Shown: positions 47,729-57,614 of the stretch, piece by piece
Numbering within the stretch: position 1 is the first letter of the stretch
Layout: every line of letters begins with the position of its first letter
Source: Gammaproteobacteria bacterium
GTDB taxonomy: Bacteria; Pseudomonadota; Gammaproteobacteria; Ga0077536
Direction: 5' to 3'
DNA: 64,000 bases
Assembly (NCBI GenBank): GCA_963662545.2
Contig: CAXXLL010000002.1
Coordinates: 1,952,001-2,016,000, forward strand
Translations under genes and position numbers: made by a program
The notes under the pieces: model-generated
Told to the model about the DNA's origin: nothing
Seen by the model: the letters and a program-made list of their open reading frames with translations, nothing else
Database searches by the model: none

Positions 47729-50170
47729 TTGCAACACGCCGAAGACGCCGTCAGAAGAGGCCAAAAGGTCGCGAACTGGGTTCTCGATCACCGGCTGATC
47801 ACGATCTTGTTCGTGCTCGTCCCCACCCTGATTCTCGCTTATGCGCTACCGTCGATCGAAGTGTATTCCCGCTTCGCGGATCTATTACCGGCGAAGCACA
47901 CCTACATCAAAAACTACAACCGGATGAAGCAAACCTTTGGCGGCGCCAATGTCGTCACCATGTCACTCGAAGTCGTGGGCGAAGGAGATATCTTCACGGT
48001 TGAAACGCTGAATAAAATAAAGCTCGTGACCCAAGAGGTCGACATCATTCAGGGCGTCAACCACTACCAGGTGGCGAGCATCGCGCATCCGAAGATCCGG
48101 CGTATCCGCACCACCTCGGGTGGTTTAATCAAATCCGAACCCGTCCTGCCACGGATTATCCCGACCGATCCGGAAGGCCTCAAGAAACTCCGGGAAGAAT
48201 CGTTCAACAACGACATCATTTACGGCACCTACATTTCGGCGGACGGCAAAGCAGCATTGATACTGGCCGGCTTCGACGAAGAACGCCTGGATTACAACAA
48301 GATCTTCACGCGCTTGCAGGAACTCAAGGCCGAAGTCGAAGCGAGCGGTACAACCAAGCTCTATGTCGCCGGTGAGCCGATGTTGAAGGGGTGGATCTAC
48401 TACCATTCGTCGGAACTGGCACTGATCTTCGGCATTACGTTCGGCGTGATGGTGCTGCTGCTCTTTCTGCACTTTAGGTCACTGGCCGGCGTCATCGTAC
48501 CGATGCTCGGCACCGGCATGGCCGCGATCTGGGGGCTGGGCCTGGTCGGGTGGTTGGGCTACAACCTCGATCCGCTGATTCTGGTCGTGCCGATCTTGAT
48601 CTCGGCGCGCACCGCGAGCCATTGCGTGCAGATGATGGAGCGCTACCACGACGAGATCCGCCTCGGCGCAACGCGCGACGCGGCCGTGCGCAAGAGCATG
48701 GGCGAGCTCATCGTACCGGCATCGATCGCCATTTTCACCGATGCCGGGGGGCTTTTGGTACTCGCCGTCTCCTCGATCCCGATCATTGCGAAACTCGGAA
48801 TTTTCTGCAGCTTCTGGTCTATGAGCAACTTGCTCACCGTGACCATACTGGTGCCCCTGATGTTGTCCTACCTGCCGGCGCCGAAGGTGAGTCGCGACGA
48901 AGAGCACAAGCACGTCTACGCGCGGATCATGGCGAGCTGGTCGGTGTTTCTGACCTCGCCAAAGGCATCCGTACCGATCTTCGGTTTTGCGGGCATTTTG
49001 ATTGTGATCGCTGTTTACTACGCCAAGGACGCGGTCGTGGGCGAGAACAAACCGGGATCGCCGATCCTTTTCCAGGAATCTGAATACAACCTTGCCGCCG
49101 CGAAAATCGCCGGCAAGTTCGCGGGCGCCAACCAGTTCAGCATCTATTTCGAGTCCGAAGAAGCCCACACGATGAAGAAACCCGAAGTCGTGGAGGTGAT
49201 GGAGGAATTCGGCCGCCACATGGCGAATACGATCAACTTTGGCGGCACCCGCGATATTCCGAACCTGGTGCGCTCGATCAACCGCCTGTATCACTATGAC
49301 GACCCACGCTGGTCGCTGGTGCCGTCAACGCAGCGCGACGTCGGCAATACCCTGTTCATGTACGAGGCAGGCGCGGCCATTCCGGGCGTCATTCTCGAGT
49401 ACATGGATCTCGAAGGCCGCACGGCGAACTTCGTCGTGTTCTTCAAGGACGCGACCGGGCCAACGGTATACGCAGCGATCGACGCCGCCGAGGAATTCCT
49501 CGAGGCGCATCCCATCGAGGGCGTCACGCCGCGCTTTGCGGGTGGCATCATCGGCACAACCGCGGCAGCGAACCAGGAAGTCGAGCAATCCGAATTACTG
49601 CAGACGCTCCTCATCATGGTCGTCGTCATGACCTCGGTGATGCTGACCTACCGTTCCGTGACCGCGGCCTTGCTGGTGTTCGTGGTACTGGCGATGGCCG
49701 TTTTGATCAACCGCGCCTACATGGGTTTTCGCGGCATCGGATTGAACGTCAACACGCTGCCGGTGACGGCCGTCGGTATCGGTATCGGCGTGGACTACGC
49801 GATCTACATGCTGGACCGCATCCGCGAGGAAGTGCGCCACCGCACCATCGACGATGCGGTACGGGTGGCGCTGTCGACGACGGGCGCGGCGGTATTGTTC
49901 ACCGCGGTCACCGTGGTCGCGGGTATTTTCTACTGGATTCCGGGTTCTTCACTGCGATTCAACAGCGAAATGGCGATGCTGCTGTCACTGCTCATGGTCA
50001 GCAACATGATCGGCGCCATCTCGCTGCTGCCGCTCCTGGTCAAAGTTTTCAAACCGAGCTTCGTGATGAAGACACACCTCGACGAAATGGATACGGGCGA
50101 CGAGGGCAGCCGCGCCGTCGAAGATTTATCGCTTGCACATCATGAGCATGAACCGGCCAAGGGCACCTGA
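47729..50170 (+). CDS. RND/MMPL-family transporter
   Basis: Duplicated periplasmic loop + TM architecture, FGGAN, AGEP, GIGIGVDYAIY, TTGAAV; TTG start with GGGGAG RBS. Confidence 0.92.
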   Translation: MQHAEDAVRRGQKVANWVLDHRLITILFVLVPTLILAYALPSIEVYSRFADLLPAKHTYIKNYNRMKQTFGGANVVTMSLEVVGEGDIFTVETLNKIKLVTQEVDIIQGVNHYQVASIAHPKIRRIRTTSGGLIKSEPVLPRIIPTDPEGLKKLREESFNNDIIYGTYISADGKAALILAGFDEERLDYNKIFTRLQELKAEVEASGTTKLYVAGEPMLKGWIYYHSSELALIFGITFGVMVLLLFLHFRSLAGVIVPMLGTGMAAIWGLGLVGWLGYNLDPLILVVPILISARTASHCVQMMERYHDEIRLGATRDAAVRKSMGELIVPASIAIFTDAGGLLVLAVSSIPIIAKLGIFCSFWSMSNLLTVTILVPLMLSYLPAPKVSRDEEHKHVYARIMASWSVFLTSPKASVPIFGFAGILIVIAVYYAKDAVVGENKPGSPILFQESEYNLAAAKIAGKFAGANQFSIYFESEEAHTMKKPEVVEVMEEFGRHMANTINFGGTRDIPNLVRSINRLYHYDDPRWSLVPSTQRDVGNTLFMYEAGAAIPGVILEYMDLEGRTANFVVFFKDATGPTVYAAIDAAEEFLEAHPIEGVTPRFAGGIIGTTAAANQEVEQSELLQTLLIMVVVMTSVMLTYRSVTAALLVFVVLAMAVLINRAYMGFRGIGLNVNTLPVTAVGIGIGVDYAIYMLDRIREEVRHRTIDDAVRVALSTTGAAVLFTAVTVVAGIFYWIPGSSLRFNSEMAMLLSLLMVSNMIGAISLLPLLVKVFKPSFVMKTHLDEMDTGDEGSRAVEDLSLAHHEHEPAKGT

Positions 50171-50205
50171 ACGGCGCTCGCGGTCATTACCAATACGGGG
50201 AAACC

Positions 50206-52743
50206 ATGGGAGATAAAACCATGTCGTACTTTAAAGGCGCTTTACAAGCGACCCTGGCTTTGCTGTTGCTGGCAGTCCTTGCCATGCCGGTACAAGCCCG
50301 CATCGTCATCGACGCGTTGGGTGGCGAACTGATAGTCGAAGGGTTTCTTAAGAGTGAAACACGCGCAAGATTGTTCGCGGGTTCGTCGCACCTCGGGCAG
50401 TGGATTCAGAAGTTCCAGGTCGAGGCAGCACTGGAATACACCGACATCGGCATTTTCGATGAACTGGCCTTCGTGGTGATCGCCCGGCCCGAGTACGACA
50501 TCGTGCAGGACATGGGCGACCTGTCCAGCAATCGCGTTGGTGACGGCACCACGCAACCCGGGCGGTCGGATCTCGACACGTTCAATTTCGCCAACGATGG
50601 CCTGGGGTTCGCGGGATTTGACTTCATCCTCGGAGGGCGCGCTGTGGCCGGTACAGGCCCCCATGTCAGCACGCATACCACGGGCGGCATCGGCAGGCTC
50701 GTGCAGCACGGGTTGGCCAACCCGAGTTTCCTCGCACAGAACTTCGAAGTCGCCTTCCAGCGGACCGCGGAAAACAACAAACCATCCAATACGAACTCTA
50801 CCTTTTTCGGAACTTCGAGCCTTGGGGCGGGGCAGTCTGCGTTTCCACTGGTCGTGCAGAAATCCTCGAACCTGAACCTGGATTGCCACCGCTGTGTCGA
50901 CCTCAACGTCGACAACCTCGACGTCGCGACGGGCAATACGGATTCGAACGGTCGCTTTTATCCTTTCCGCGAAATGTACGTGGACGGCATTATCGGCGAC
51001 TGGTGGATCCGCGTCGGCAAGCAGCAGATCGTCTGGGGCAAGACCGATTTCTTCCGCTTGCAGGACTTGATCAACCCGGTCGACTTCGGCCAGCACTTCT
51101 TCTTCGACTCCTTCGAGGACATCCGCATCCCGCAGTGGATGGCGTCGATCCAGTACAAGGCCGGTTCTATCGGGCCCTTGACCGACAACGCCTTTCAGGT
51201 GGTGTGGAATTTCGACGAGTTTCAGCCCATAGGTCTGGGCAACCCGTCCCACTTCTGGGCGCATCCGTTTTCTAAGGACACCAGTACTTTCGCGATCTTC
51301 AACACCTACTTCTCGGTAGAGCCCTGCGTGGACGCAAACACCGCCGCCGGTGGCAACGCCAACGGGCTGAATACCAACGGTACCGTGTTTGCCACGTCCG
51401 ATACCTGTGGGTCGCTGGGTCCGAACGACCCCCGTCTGCCCTCAGGCTTTGGACAGCCCGTCGGTTTGAGCCACAGCGAGCGGCCGGATTGGGATATCGA
51501 GAACACGGAAGCCGGCTTCCGCTGGGAGTTTCGTGTCAGCGATTTTCGTGTCGCCCTCTCGCACTGGTATGGCTGGGGCGACATCCCGGTATTCAAGTTC
51601 CATTCGGTCAACCTGCCGACGCGCTACATCACTGGACTGGCACCGAATGATGTGCTCATCGGCGACTTGAATGCCCTGCGCCAGGACATCAACGCGATCA
51701 ATGGTGTGCCGGCTGGCGGTGCGCCCGCCGCGTCCCCGCTCGGATTCGCGCAGGCGCGAATCGCCGCCGGCGTTCTCACGCCCTACGCGACGGGAATAGG
51801 GGGTTCAGCGGTAAATAATTCCGGCGTTTTCGGCGGCGCTGTTCTGGCCGGCGTGAATGACCCGATAGTGGTCACTACCCCGCAAATGGCCGCACGTCTG
51901 TTAGCCAACGGCGCCAATGACCCGGCACTGGCAATGGCGGCACAAAACGCTCTGGCTACCGGTAACTACCAGCCCTTGTGGAGTGGGGTGGACCCGGTGC
52001 TCGCGGGCGCCGGTGGTGCCGCGGGCGGTTATGCGCCGTTCTTCAATTGCGGATCGCAGTATGGCGGCACCTTCTGCAGCCCGGTGGCCGGCGGCCAAAC
52101 CTCCATCGTGCACGACCGGGCGCACACGGTCGGTCTCGCGGTAGACTACTTCGAGTCCTGGTCCGGTGTCGTATTGCGCATCGAGTCTTCGTGGACTTTC
52201 GATGAGCTGGTCAACAACACCCGCTCGGCCGACTGGGTCGACAACAGCGACGTCATGCGATTTTCGCTCGGTTTCGACCGTCCGACCTTCATCCCGTTCC
52301 TGAACAGGACCCGCACGTTCTTCCTCTCCCTGCAGATCTTCGATACCTGGTATTGGGATCACGAGGGCGACAAGAACACCGGGTACTTCGTCGACGAACA
52401 CAACTGGATCACGACTTTCTTCTTCCTCGCGAACTATATGCGCGACACCGTGAAACCGGTCGGGTTCTACGTGTGGGAAGAGGCTACCAACTCCCACGTT
52501 GCGGGGTTCAACGTCGAATGGCTGATCGATAACCACTGGTCCGTCAAGGGTGGTTTTCACCTCATCTGGGAAGGCGACGAGAATACGACGCATGACACCG
52601 GTCCCTTCACCAACTTCATCGCGACGGGCCCTGACTTCGTACAGGATCCATATGTGACGTCCGTCTTGGGCCTGGCGCGCGAGGGTCTCGGCGCTCTGCG
52701 CAATTACGACGAAGTGTTCTTTGAACTCAAGTACCAGTTCTGA
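50206..52743 (+). CDS. DUF1302-family outer-membrane protein with large insertions
   Basis: Signal peptide, REMYVD, RVGKQQIVWGKTD.FRLQDLINPVDF, EDIRIPQWM, C-terminal ELKYQF. Confidence 0.85.
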   Translation: MGDKTMSYFKGALQATLALLLLAVLAMPVQARIVIDALGGELIVEGFLKSETRARLFAGSSHLGQWIQKFQVEAALEYTDIGIFDELAFVVIARPEYDIVQDMGDLSSNRVGDGTTQPGRSDLDTFNFANDGLGFAGFDFILGGRAVAGTGPHVSTHTTGGIGRLVQHGLANPSFLAQNFEVAFQRTAENNKPSNTNSTFFGTSSLGAGQSAFPLVVQKSSNLNLDCHRCVDLNVDNLDVATGNTDSNGRFYPFREMYVDGIIGDWWIRVGKQQIVWGKTDFFRLQDLINPVDFGQHFFFDSFEDIRIPQWMASIQYKAGSIGPLTDNAFQVVWNFDEFQPIGLGNPSHFWAHPFSKDTSTFAIFNTYFSVEPCVDANTAAGGNANGLNTNGTVFATSDTCGSLGPNDPRLPSGFGQPVGLSHSERPDWDIENTEAGFRWEFRVSDFRVALSHWYGWGDIPVFKFHSVNLPTRYITGLAPNDVLIGDLNALRQDINAINGVPAGGAPAASPLGFAQARIAAGVLTPYATGIGGSAVNNSGVFGGAVLAGVNDPIVVTTPQMAARLLANGANDPALAMAAQNALATGNYQPLWSGVDPVLAGAGGAAGGYAPFFNCGSQYGGTFCSPVAGGQTSIVHDRAHTVGLAVDYFESWSGVVLRIESSWTFDELVNNTRSADWVDNSDVMRFSLGFDRPTFIPFLNRTRTFFLSLQIFDTWYWDHEGDKNTGYFVDEHNWITTFFFLANYMRDTVKPVGFYVWEEATNSHVAGFNVEWLIDNHWSVKGGFHLIWEGDENTTHDTGPFTNFIATGPDFVQDPYVTSVLGLAREGLGALRNYDEVFFELKYQF

Positions 52744-52836
52744 GGATTAGTGATAGGGAAAATAACATCTTGTTTGGCATTGCGAGCGTGATCCGGCAAC
52801 GGATTTGATCGCGGCCTGAAAGAGTTTCGAAGCGAA

Positions 52837-52871
52837 TGGCGGGGGACGCAAGGTCTCCCGCCAATTTTTTT
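52837..52871 (+). terminator. Intrinsic terminator
   Basis: TGGCGGGGGAC-gcaag-GTCTCCCGCCA followed by A and T7. Confidence 0.8.
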
Positions 52872-53029
52872 GTGACGCTTCGCGCCGATTGGGAATTCCG
52901 TCGGGCGCGACGTAAACTAGCCCCCTTACGATTGCCTGTTGCTCGGAACCTTTATCGATGCGGCGGGTCGATCAACACGAACGGGCCGTTCGGCATTGCG
53001 CTCATTACTTTTCCCGGAGGATTTTTTCC

Positions 53030-54190
53030 ATGGTAAAAAATGCATTATCGGCGACCCTCGTCCTCCTTCTGATCATGTGCGGGGAGCGGGCCATGGCGAC
53101 TGACGAGGAACGGGCCGTCCGGGATGCGGTCGAGGTTGCTCGTGAACTCCTTGAATCCGACGATTTCTATGATCAGATTGCCGGGGCCGGTACGCTGGTC
53201 GATATCGGCGACATGGAGTCGCTCCAGTTCTTGACCGATTACATGGACCACGACGACTGGTCGCTGCAGCGCGCGGCCATTGACATGATGTTGAGCGTTC
53301 AACATCCCGCCGGGCTGGACCTTATTTATCGGCTGGCGTCGATACGCACCACCGGCGTCTTTATGAAATTTCTCACCGAATCGATCGCGAGCAAGCCGCG
53401 CGAGGACATGGCCGAATTCCTGATGAATGCGCTCGTCCAAAGCCAAGACCCGTGGATCCAGCGATACACCCTGCAGGCGCTCGCACTCATGCCGGTAGAC
53501 GATAAGGAAGCGCGGATCACGGCCTTTGCCGAAGCCGAATCGACGTACGCGACAGCGCGCGCCTATGCGTACTACGTCCTGATGGATACGCCGTCGCGCG
53601 AGAAATCGCTGGCCAAGCTCATCGAAATTTCGTCGAGTGGCGACGATCCGGCCCAGGAAGCCGCGGCGATCGGCCTCGGCCTCGTCGACAACGACGAAAC
53701 AAAAGCGGCACTAGCGTACATGCGGTCCTTGAATTCTCCGACGGTACAGATCGCTGCCCTGGCGAGCGCGGCAGGGTTCGGCGTCGAAGACGCGATTGCA
53801 CAGCTGATCGATACCATTGTGAATGGCAAGGGCCTGGACAGTTCGGTGGCGGCAGCGAGTATCCGGCGCGTGCCGGCCGATATCGCAGTGCAGATCTCGG
53901 AAACACTGTTGAGCTGCTGCGAATTAGATTCGGACTCCGGGACGCGCCTGATCGAGTCGTGGGGATGGATCGACGCCGATCCTGCGAAAATCTACGCTTG
54001 GAGCCTGCGCCACGAGAATCCCGATATCCGCATGCAGGCCGTGTGGTTGGTCGGTCAGCGTGAAGACAGCGAATACCTCGATGACATCATTCCCATGCTC
54101 AAGGACGACGATTCCGGCATCAGAGGCATGGCCGCATGGTCCATCGTGCGCTTGCTCGGAGACAAGTACGACCCCGGCGTGGAAATATAG
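53030..54190 (+). CDS. Exported HEAT-repeat protein
   Basis: Signal peptide; repeated helical units such as L.D.D..IR..AAW, NPDIRMQAVW, AQEAAAIGLG. Confidence 0.78.
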   Translation: MVKNALSATLVLLLIMCGERAMATDEERAVRDAVEVARELLESDDFYDQIAGAGTLVDIGDMESLQFLTDYMDHDDWSLQRAAIDMMLSVQHPAGLDLIYRLASIRTTGVFMKFLTESIASKPREDMAEFLMNALVQSQDPWIQRYTLQALALMPVDDKEARITAFAEAESTYATARAYAYYVLMDTPSREKSLAKLIEISSSGDDPAQEAAAIGLGLVDNDETKAALAYMRSLNSPTVQIAALASAAGFGVEDAIAQLIDTIVNGKGLDSSVAAASIRRVPADIAVQISETLLSCCELDSDSGTRLIESWGWIDADPAKIYAWSLRHENPDIRMQAVWLVGQREDSEYLDDIIPMLKDDDSGIRGMAAWSIVRLLGDKYDPGVEI

Positions 54191-54314
54191 GCAGACGCCG
54201 CGTTGCGGTCCGAATCCTGACGGCGAACCAGAAGAGCGCGGACCGCGGCGCGGGCGTTTTGCCGCGGCAGCGATCAGGGCTCATGCAGAAAAATAGAAAA
54301 TAACAGCAAGATAA

Positions 54315-54415
54315 AACCACGAAGAACACAAAGAACACGGAGGGAAGAAAGAAAATGACCTTGTACATGCCATATTTTACTTTTTTGCTCCGTGTTCTTT
54401 GCGTTCTTCGTGGTT
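54315..54415. repeat. Inverted-repeat element with 9-nt periodic arms, copy 2
   Basis: 27/28 IR AACCACGAAGAACACAAAGAACACGGAG / CTCCGTGTTCTTTGCGTTCTTCGTGGTT. Confidence 0.8.
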
Positions 54416-54438
54416 CACTGCGATTGGTTTTGGGAACT

Positions 54439-55719
54439 GTGGGTTTACGGACTAAGCTATGCGCCCTGGCCTTTCTCATCTGGACCGCGGCCGGGCAGGC
54501 CGGGGACTTCGATTTCGATGTCGCCGAAGCAATGGAACTTTCACCGCCGCCGGGTACCGTGATCTCGAGCGATAATCTGGAACAGGCGGCCCAATTGCTG
54601 GACCCCGATTTCGCCGAATTAATAGCTCAGGGCTGGCTGACGATCACCGTCGGTGAGCCCATCTCATTTGATCCGCACCCGGCATACATCCAGGCGACAG
54701 AGCGCTACGGGGCAAACACCCAGCTCGGCGCTAATCCGGGTGAGTTGATCAATTACGTCGCCGGGCGGCCATTCCCTGGTGAGCTATCGACCAGCGATCC
54801 GCGCGCGGGCGAGAAACTCGCCTTGAACATGCGTTACGCCTACGCCGGCGACGGCGGAATAATTCCGGAAATGTACTGGCATTACCGCGACATGCGCAGC
54901 CAGCGGATAGAGCGGGTGCTCGAATTTGAGGCTGCGCAAATGCGCTTCATGCACCGCCATGTGATCGAACCCACACCCGAACTCAAGAACAACACCTACA
55001 AAGTCTATAGCGCCATCACCCTGACAGCCTTGGAACCCGGAGACGTTCGCCATACAAAGCTGATGATTTTCTACAACAGTGACGACAACGCCGAAGAACA
55101 AGGCTGGATGTACGTCCCACTCCTGCGGCGCGTGCGCCGCGTCGCGACGACCATGCGCACCGATTCATTTCTCGGCAGCGACATCATGATCGAAGATTTC
55201 CTCGGCTATAGCGGGCGCATCAAGGACATGGAGTGGAGCTTCGGCGGCACGCGGTACATCCTGCTGCCCATGTACCGTCACGATCAGATCGAGGTATCCG
55301 ATAAGAAGGCGCGGCGTTACGACCACCACTTCGTGGACTTTGAAGGGCATTCAGGATGTTTTCCGAAAGTCACCTGGCAGGTACGCAAGGTCTATATACT
55401 CGAAGGGACGCCCAAGCGCTCCGATCACCCATTATCTAAACGGTTCTTCTATGTCGACGCGCAGACGCTCGCACCGGTATTCGGCAAGGTCTACGACCGC
55501 GGTGGCGTTCTGTGGAAATATCTCATGGCCGGCCTGGCGCACCCCGACTCGCATCTGGAACAAAATTACGGCAGCGGCGTTCCCATGTTCGATTCATCCG
55601 CCGTGATCGATGTCCAGAACATGCATTGCACGACCCTGCAGATGATCACTCTCGCCAATATGCCCAAGATGAAGCAACGTGATTTCGAACCGTCGTCGCT
55701 CAATGTGGGTGCCCGCTGA
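54439..55719 (+). CDS. DUF1329-family periplasmic protein
   Basis: NYVAGRPFP, DPRAGEK, WMYVP.LRRVRR, Y..R...YVD; probable GTG start at 54439 because the longer start runs through a repeat. Confidence 0.85.
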   Translation: MGLRTKLCALAFLIWTAAGQAGDFDFDVAEAMELSPPPGTVISSDNLEQAAQLLDPDFAELIAQGWLTITVGEPISFDPHPAYIQATERYGANTQLGANPGELINYVAGRPFPGELSTSDPRAGEKLALNMRYAYAGDGGIIPEMYWHYRDMRSQRIERVLEFEAAQMRFMHRHVIEPTPELKNNTYKVYSAITLTALEPGDVRHTKLMIFYNSDDNAEEQGWMYVPLLRRVRRVATTMRTDSFLGSDIMIEDFLGYSGRIKDMEWSFGGTRYILLPMYRHDQIEVSDKKARRYDHHFVDFEGHSGCFPKVTWQVRKVYILEGTPKRSDHPLSKRFFYVDAQTLAPVFGKVYDRGGVLWKYLMAGLAHPDSHLEQNYGSGVPMFDSSAVIDVQNMHCTTLQMITLANMPKMKQRDFEPSSLNVGAR

Positions 55720-55773
55720 ACGGCCAAAGACAGCAACAACAACCGTCGTCAATCCGAATTGGAGGAATTAATC

Positions 55774-56679
55774 ATGGCGAGCCCACAAGCAAATGCAATC
55801 AAGGATCTTTACCGGCATTGGGTTGAGGCGATGGCCGCTAATCCCGAAATGACACTCGACGAAATGCGCGATTTGTTCGATGCCTGGGGTGATATTACGG
55901 GCGAACCGGGCGGCGTCGATTACATCGAGGTCGATGCGGGCGGCGTACAGGCGATGTGGGCCGTGCCCAAGGGCTGCCATGAGGATCGCGTTGCCCTGTG
56001 CACCCACGGCGGCGGCTATGTCGTCGGCTCGATGTACACCCACCGCAAGATATTCGGTCATATCGCGAAGGCCGTCGGCTGCAAGGCTTTGATTCTCCAT
56101 TACCGCCGGGCGCCCGAGCATCCGCATCCGGCACAGGTCGAAGATTCCGTCACCGCTTACGGCTGGCTGCTGGACCAGGGCTACAAACCCGAGCACATTT
56201 TCACGACAGGCGATTCCGCTGGCGGCGCACTGTGCACTTCGGTATTGCTCGGCATCCGGGACAAGGATTTGCCCCTGCCAGCCGCTTCCTTGCCAATGTC
56301 GCCCTGGTACGACCTCGAGGGTACGGGTGAAACCCTGAAGACCAACGCGGACAAGGACTGCCTGGTGCAAAAGGAAGTACTCCAGGGGATGGCAGGCATG
56401 TTTCTCGGCGACGCCTCGAGCAAAGATCCGCTCGCGAATCTGCTCTACGCCGACTTGTCCGGCCTGCCGCCTATCTATATCCAGGTCGGCGGTGACGAAA
56501 CCCTGTTGGACGATTCGTTGCGGTTCGAGAAAAAGGCCAAGGCGGCCGGCGTGGATGTCAAGGTCGACGTCAGTCCGGAAATGCAGCACGTGTTCCAGTT
56601 CATGGCCGGCAAGGCGCCGGAAGCGGACGACGCCGTGCAGAAAATGGCTGCCTGGGTCAAACCGCAGCTGGGCCTGTAA
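55774..56679 (+). CDS. HSL-family alpha/beta hydrolase (esterase/lactonase)
   Basis: HGGGY, YRRAPEHP, GDSAGG, E.LLDDS, MQHVF; GGAGG RBS. Confidence 0.93.
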   Translation: MASPQANAIKDLYRHWVEAMAANPEMTLDEMRDLFDAWGDITGEPGGVDYIEVDAGGVQAMWAVPKGCHEDRVALCTHGGGYVVGSMYTHRKIFGHIAKAVGCKALILHYRRAPEHPHPAQVEDSVTAYGWLLDQGYKPEHIFTTGDSAGGALCTSVLLGIRDKDLPLPAASLPMSPWYDLEGTGETLKTNADKDCLVQKEVLQGMAGMFLGDASSKDPLANLLYADLSGLPPIYIQVGGDETLLDDSLRFEKKAKAAGVDVKVDVSPEMQHVFQFMAGKAPEADDAVQKMAAWVKPQLGL

Positions 56680-56775
56680 GGCCCGCGATCGGCATGCTTT
56701 TGATCGAATCGAACGCGACCGATTGAACCGGGGCGGCGAATGCCGTCCCGGGACGGATGACGCTAAAGCGCCAAC

Positions 56776-57558
56776 ATGGACAACAAGGATTATGACCCGC
56801 GCGAACTCTTTGACCTGACCGGCAAACGCATCTTCATCACCGGCGCCTCGATGGGTCTGGGCAAGCGTTTCGCTTGGACGCTGGCACGCGCCGGCGGTGA
56901 AGTCATACTTGCAGCCCGCAGCGAAGACAAGCTCAAGGAACTGGGTGCAACCATTGCCGCGTTCGGCGGCCGTTTTGAAATCACCAAGCTGGACGTTCGA
57001 GATCGGGATGCCATTCGCCGCTGCATCGATGGCGTGGAGAATGAAGGTCCCATCGACGTACTCGTCAATAATGCGGGTGTCGCCATCGTCGGAGCGCCCG
57101 AAAATTACGCGGACGATGACTGGGACCAGGTCTACGAAACAAATCTGCGCGCGCCGTGGACGCTGGCCCAGGCCGTGATCAAACATCGTGTCGTAGATGG
57201 AAGGCCTTGCAGTATCGTGAATATCGCCTCGGTCCTAGGGTTCCGACCGCTCGGCCACATCGCGCCCTATGCGGCAGCCAAGGCCGGCCTGATCAATCTC
57301 GGGCGGGAACTGTGCGTGGATCTCGCGCACAAGGGCATCCGTATCAACGCACTCGCACCGGGTTACTTTGAAACGGAAATGAACCGCGATTGGCTCAAAT
57401 CTGACGCCGGCGAACGCCTGCGGCAACGCATTCCGACCGGGCGCTTCGGGCAGCCGGAAGATCTCGACGGCGCCATCCTGTTTCTTGCCTCGGACGCGTC
57501 GCGCTTCATGAACGGCAACGTAATCGTCGTCGACGGCGGGCACAGCGCCGGATTGTAA
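56776..57558 (+). CDS. SDR family oxidoreductase
   Basis: TGASMGLG, NNAG, YAAAK, PGYFETEMN, VDGG. Confidence 0.93.
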   Translation: MDNKDYDPRELFDLTGKRIFITGASMGLGKRFAWTLARAGGEVILAARSEDKLKELGATIAAFGGRFEITKLDVRDRDAIRRCIDGVENEGPIDVLVNNAGVAIVGAPENYADDDWDQVYETNLRAPWTLAQAVIKHRVVDGRPCSIVNIASVLGFRPLGHIAPYAAAKAGLINLGRELCVDLAHKGIRINALAPGYFETEMNRDWLKSDAGERLRQRIPTGRFGQPEDLDGAILFLASDASRFMNGNVIVVDGGHSAGL

Positions 57559-57565
57559 ATCCGAA

Positions 57566-57587
57566 ATTCGCCCGTTTGCGGGCGAAT
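57566..57587. terminator. Hairpin between convergent genes (possible bidirectional terminator, REP-like)
   Basis: ATTCGCCCG-tttg-CGGGCGAAT; no clear U tract. Confidence 0.45.
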
Positions 57588-57614
57588 CAACGCCCGATAT
57601 GCCTGCAACCCCAA

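Noticed and set aside
50878-50900. CHRC in DUF1302 as a heme c site
   Set aside because: The sequence is CHRCV, not CxxCH; a disulfide or metal site is more plausible.
54355-54438. Extended N-terminus of DUF1329 (MTLYMPYFTFLLRVLCVLRG...)
   Set aside because: It is translated from the inverted-repeat element; GTG at 54439 gives a normal signal peptide.
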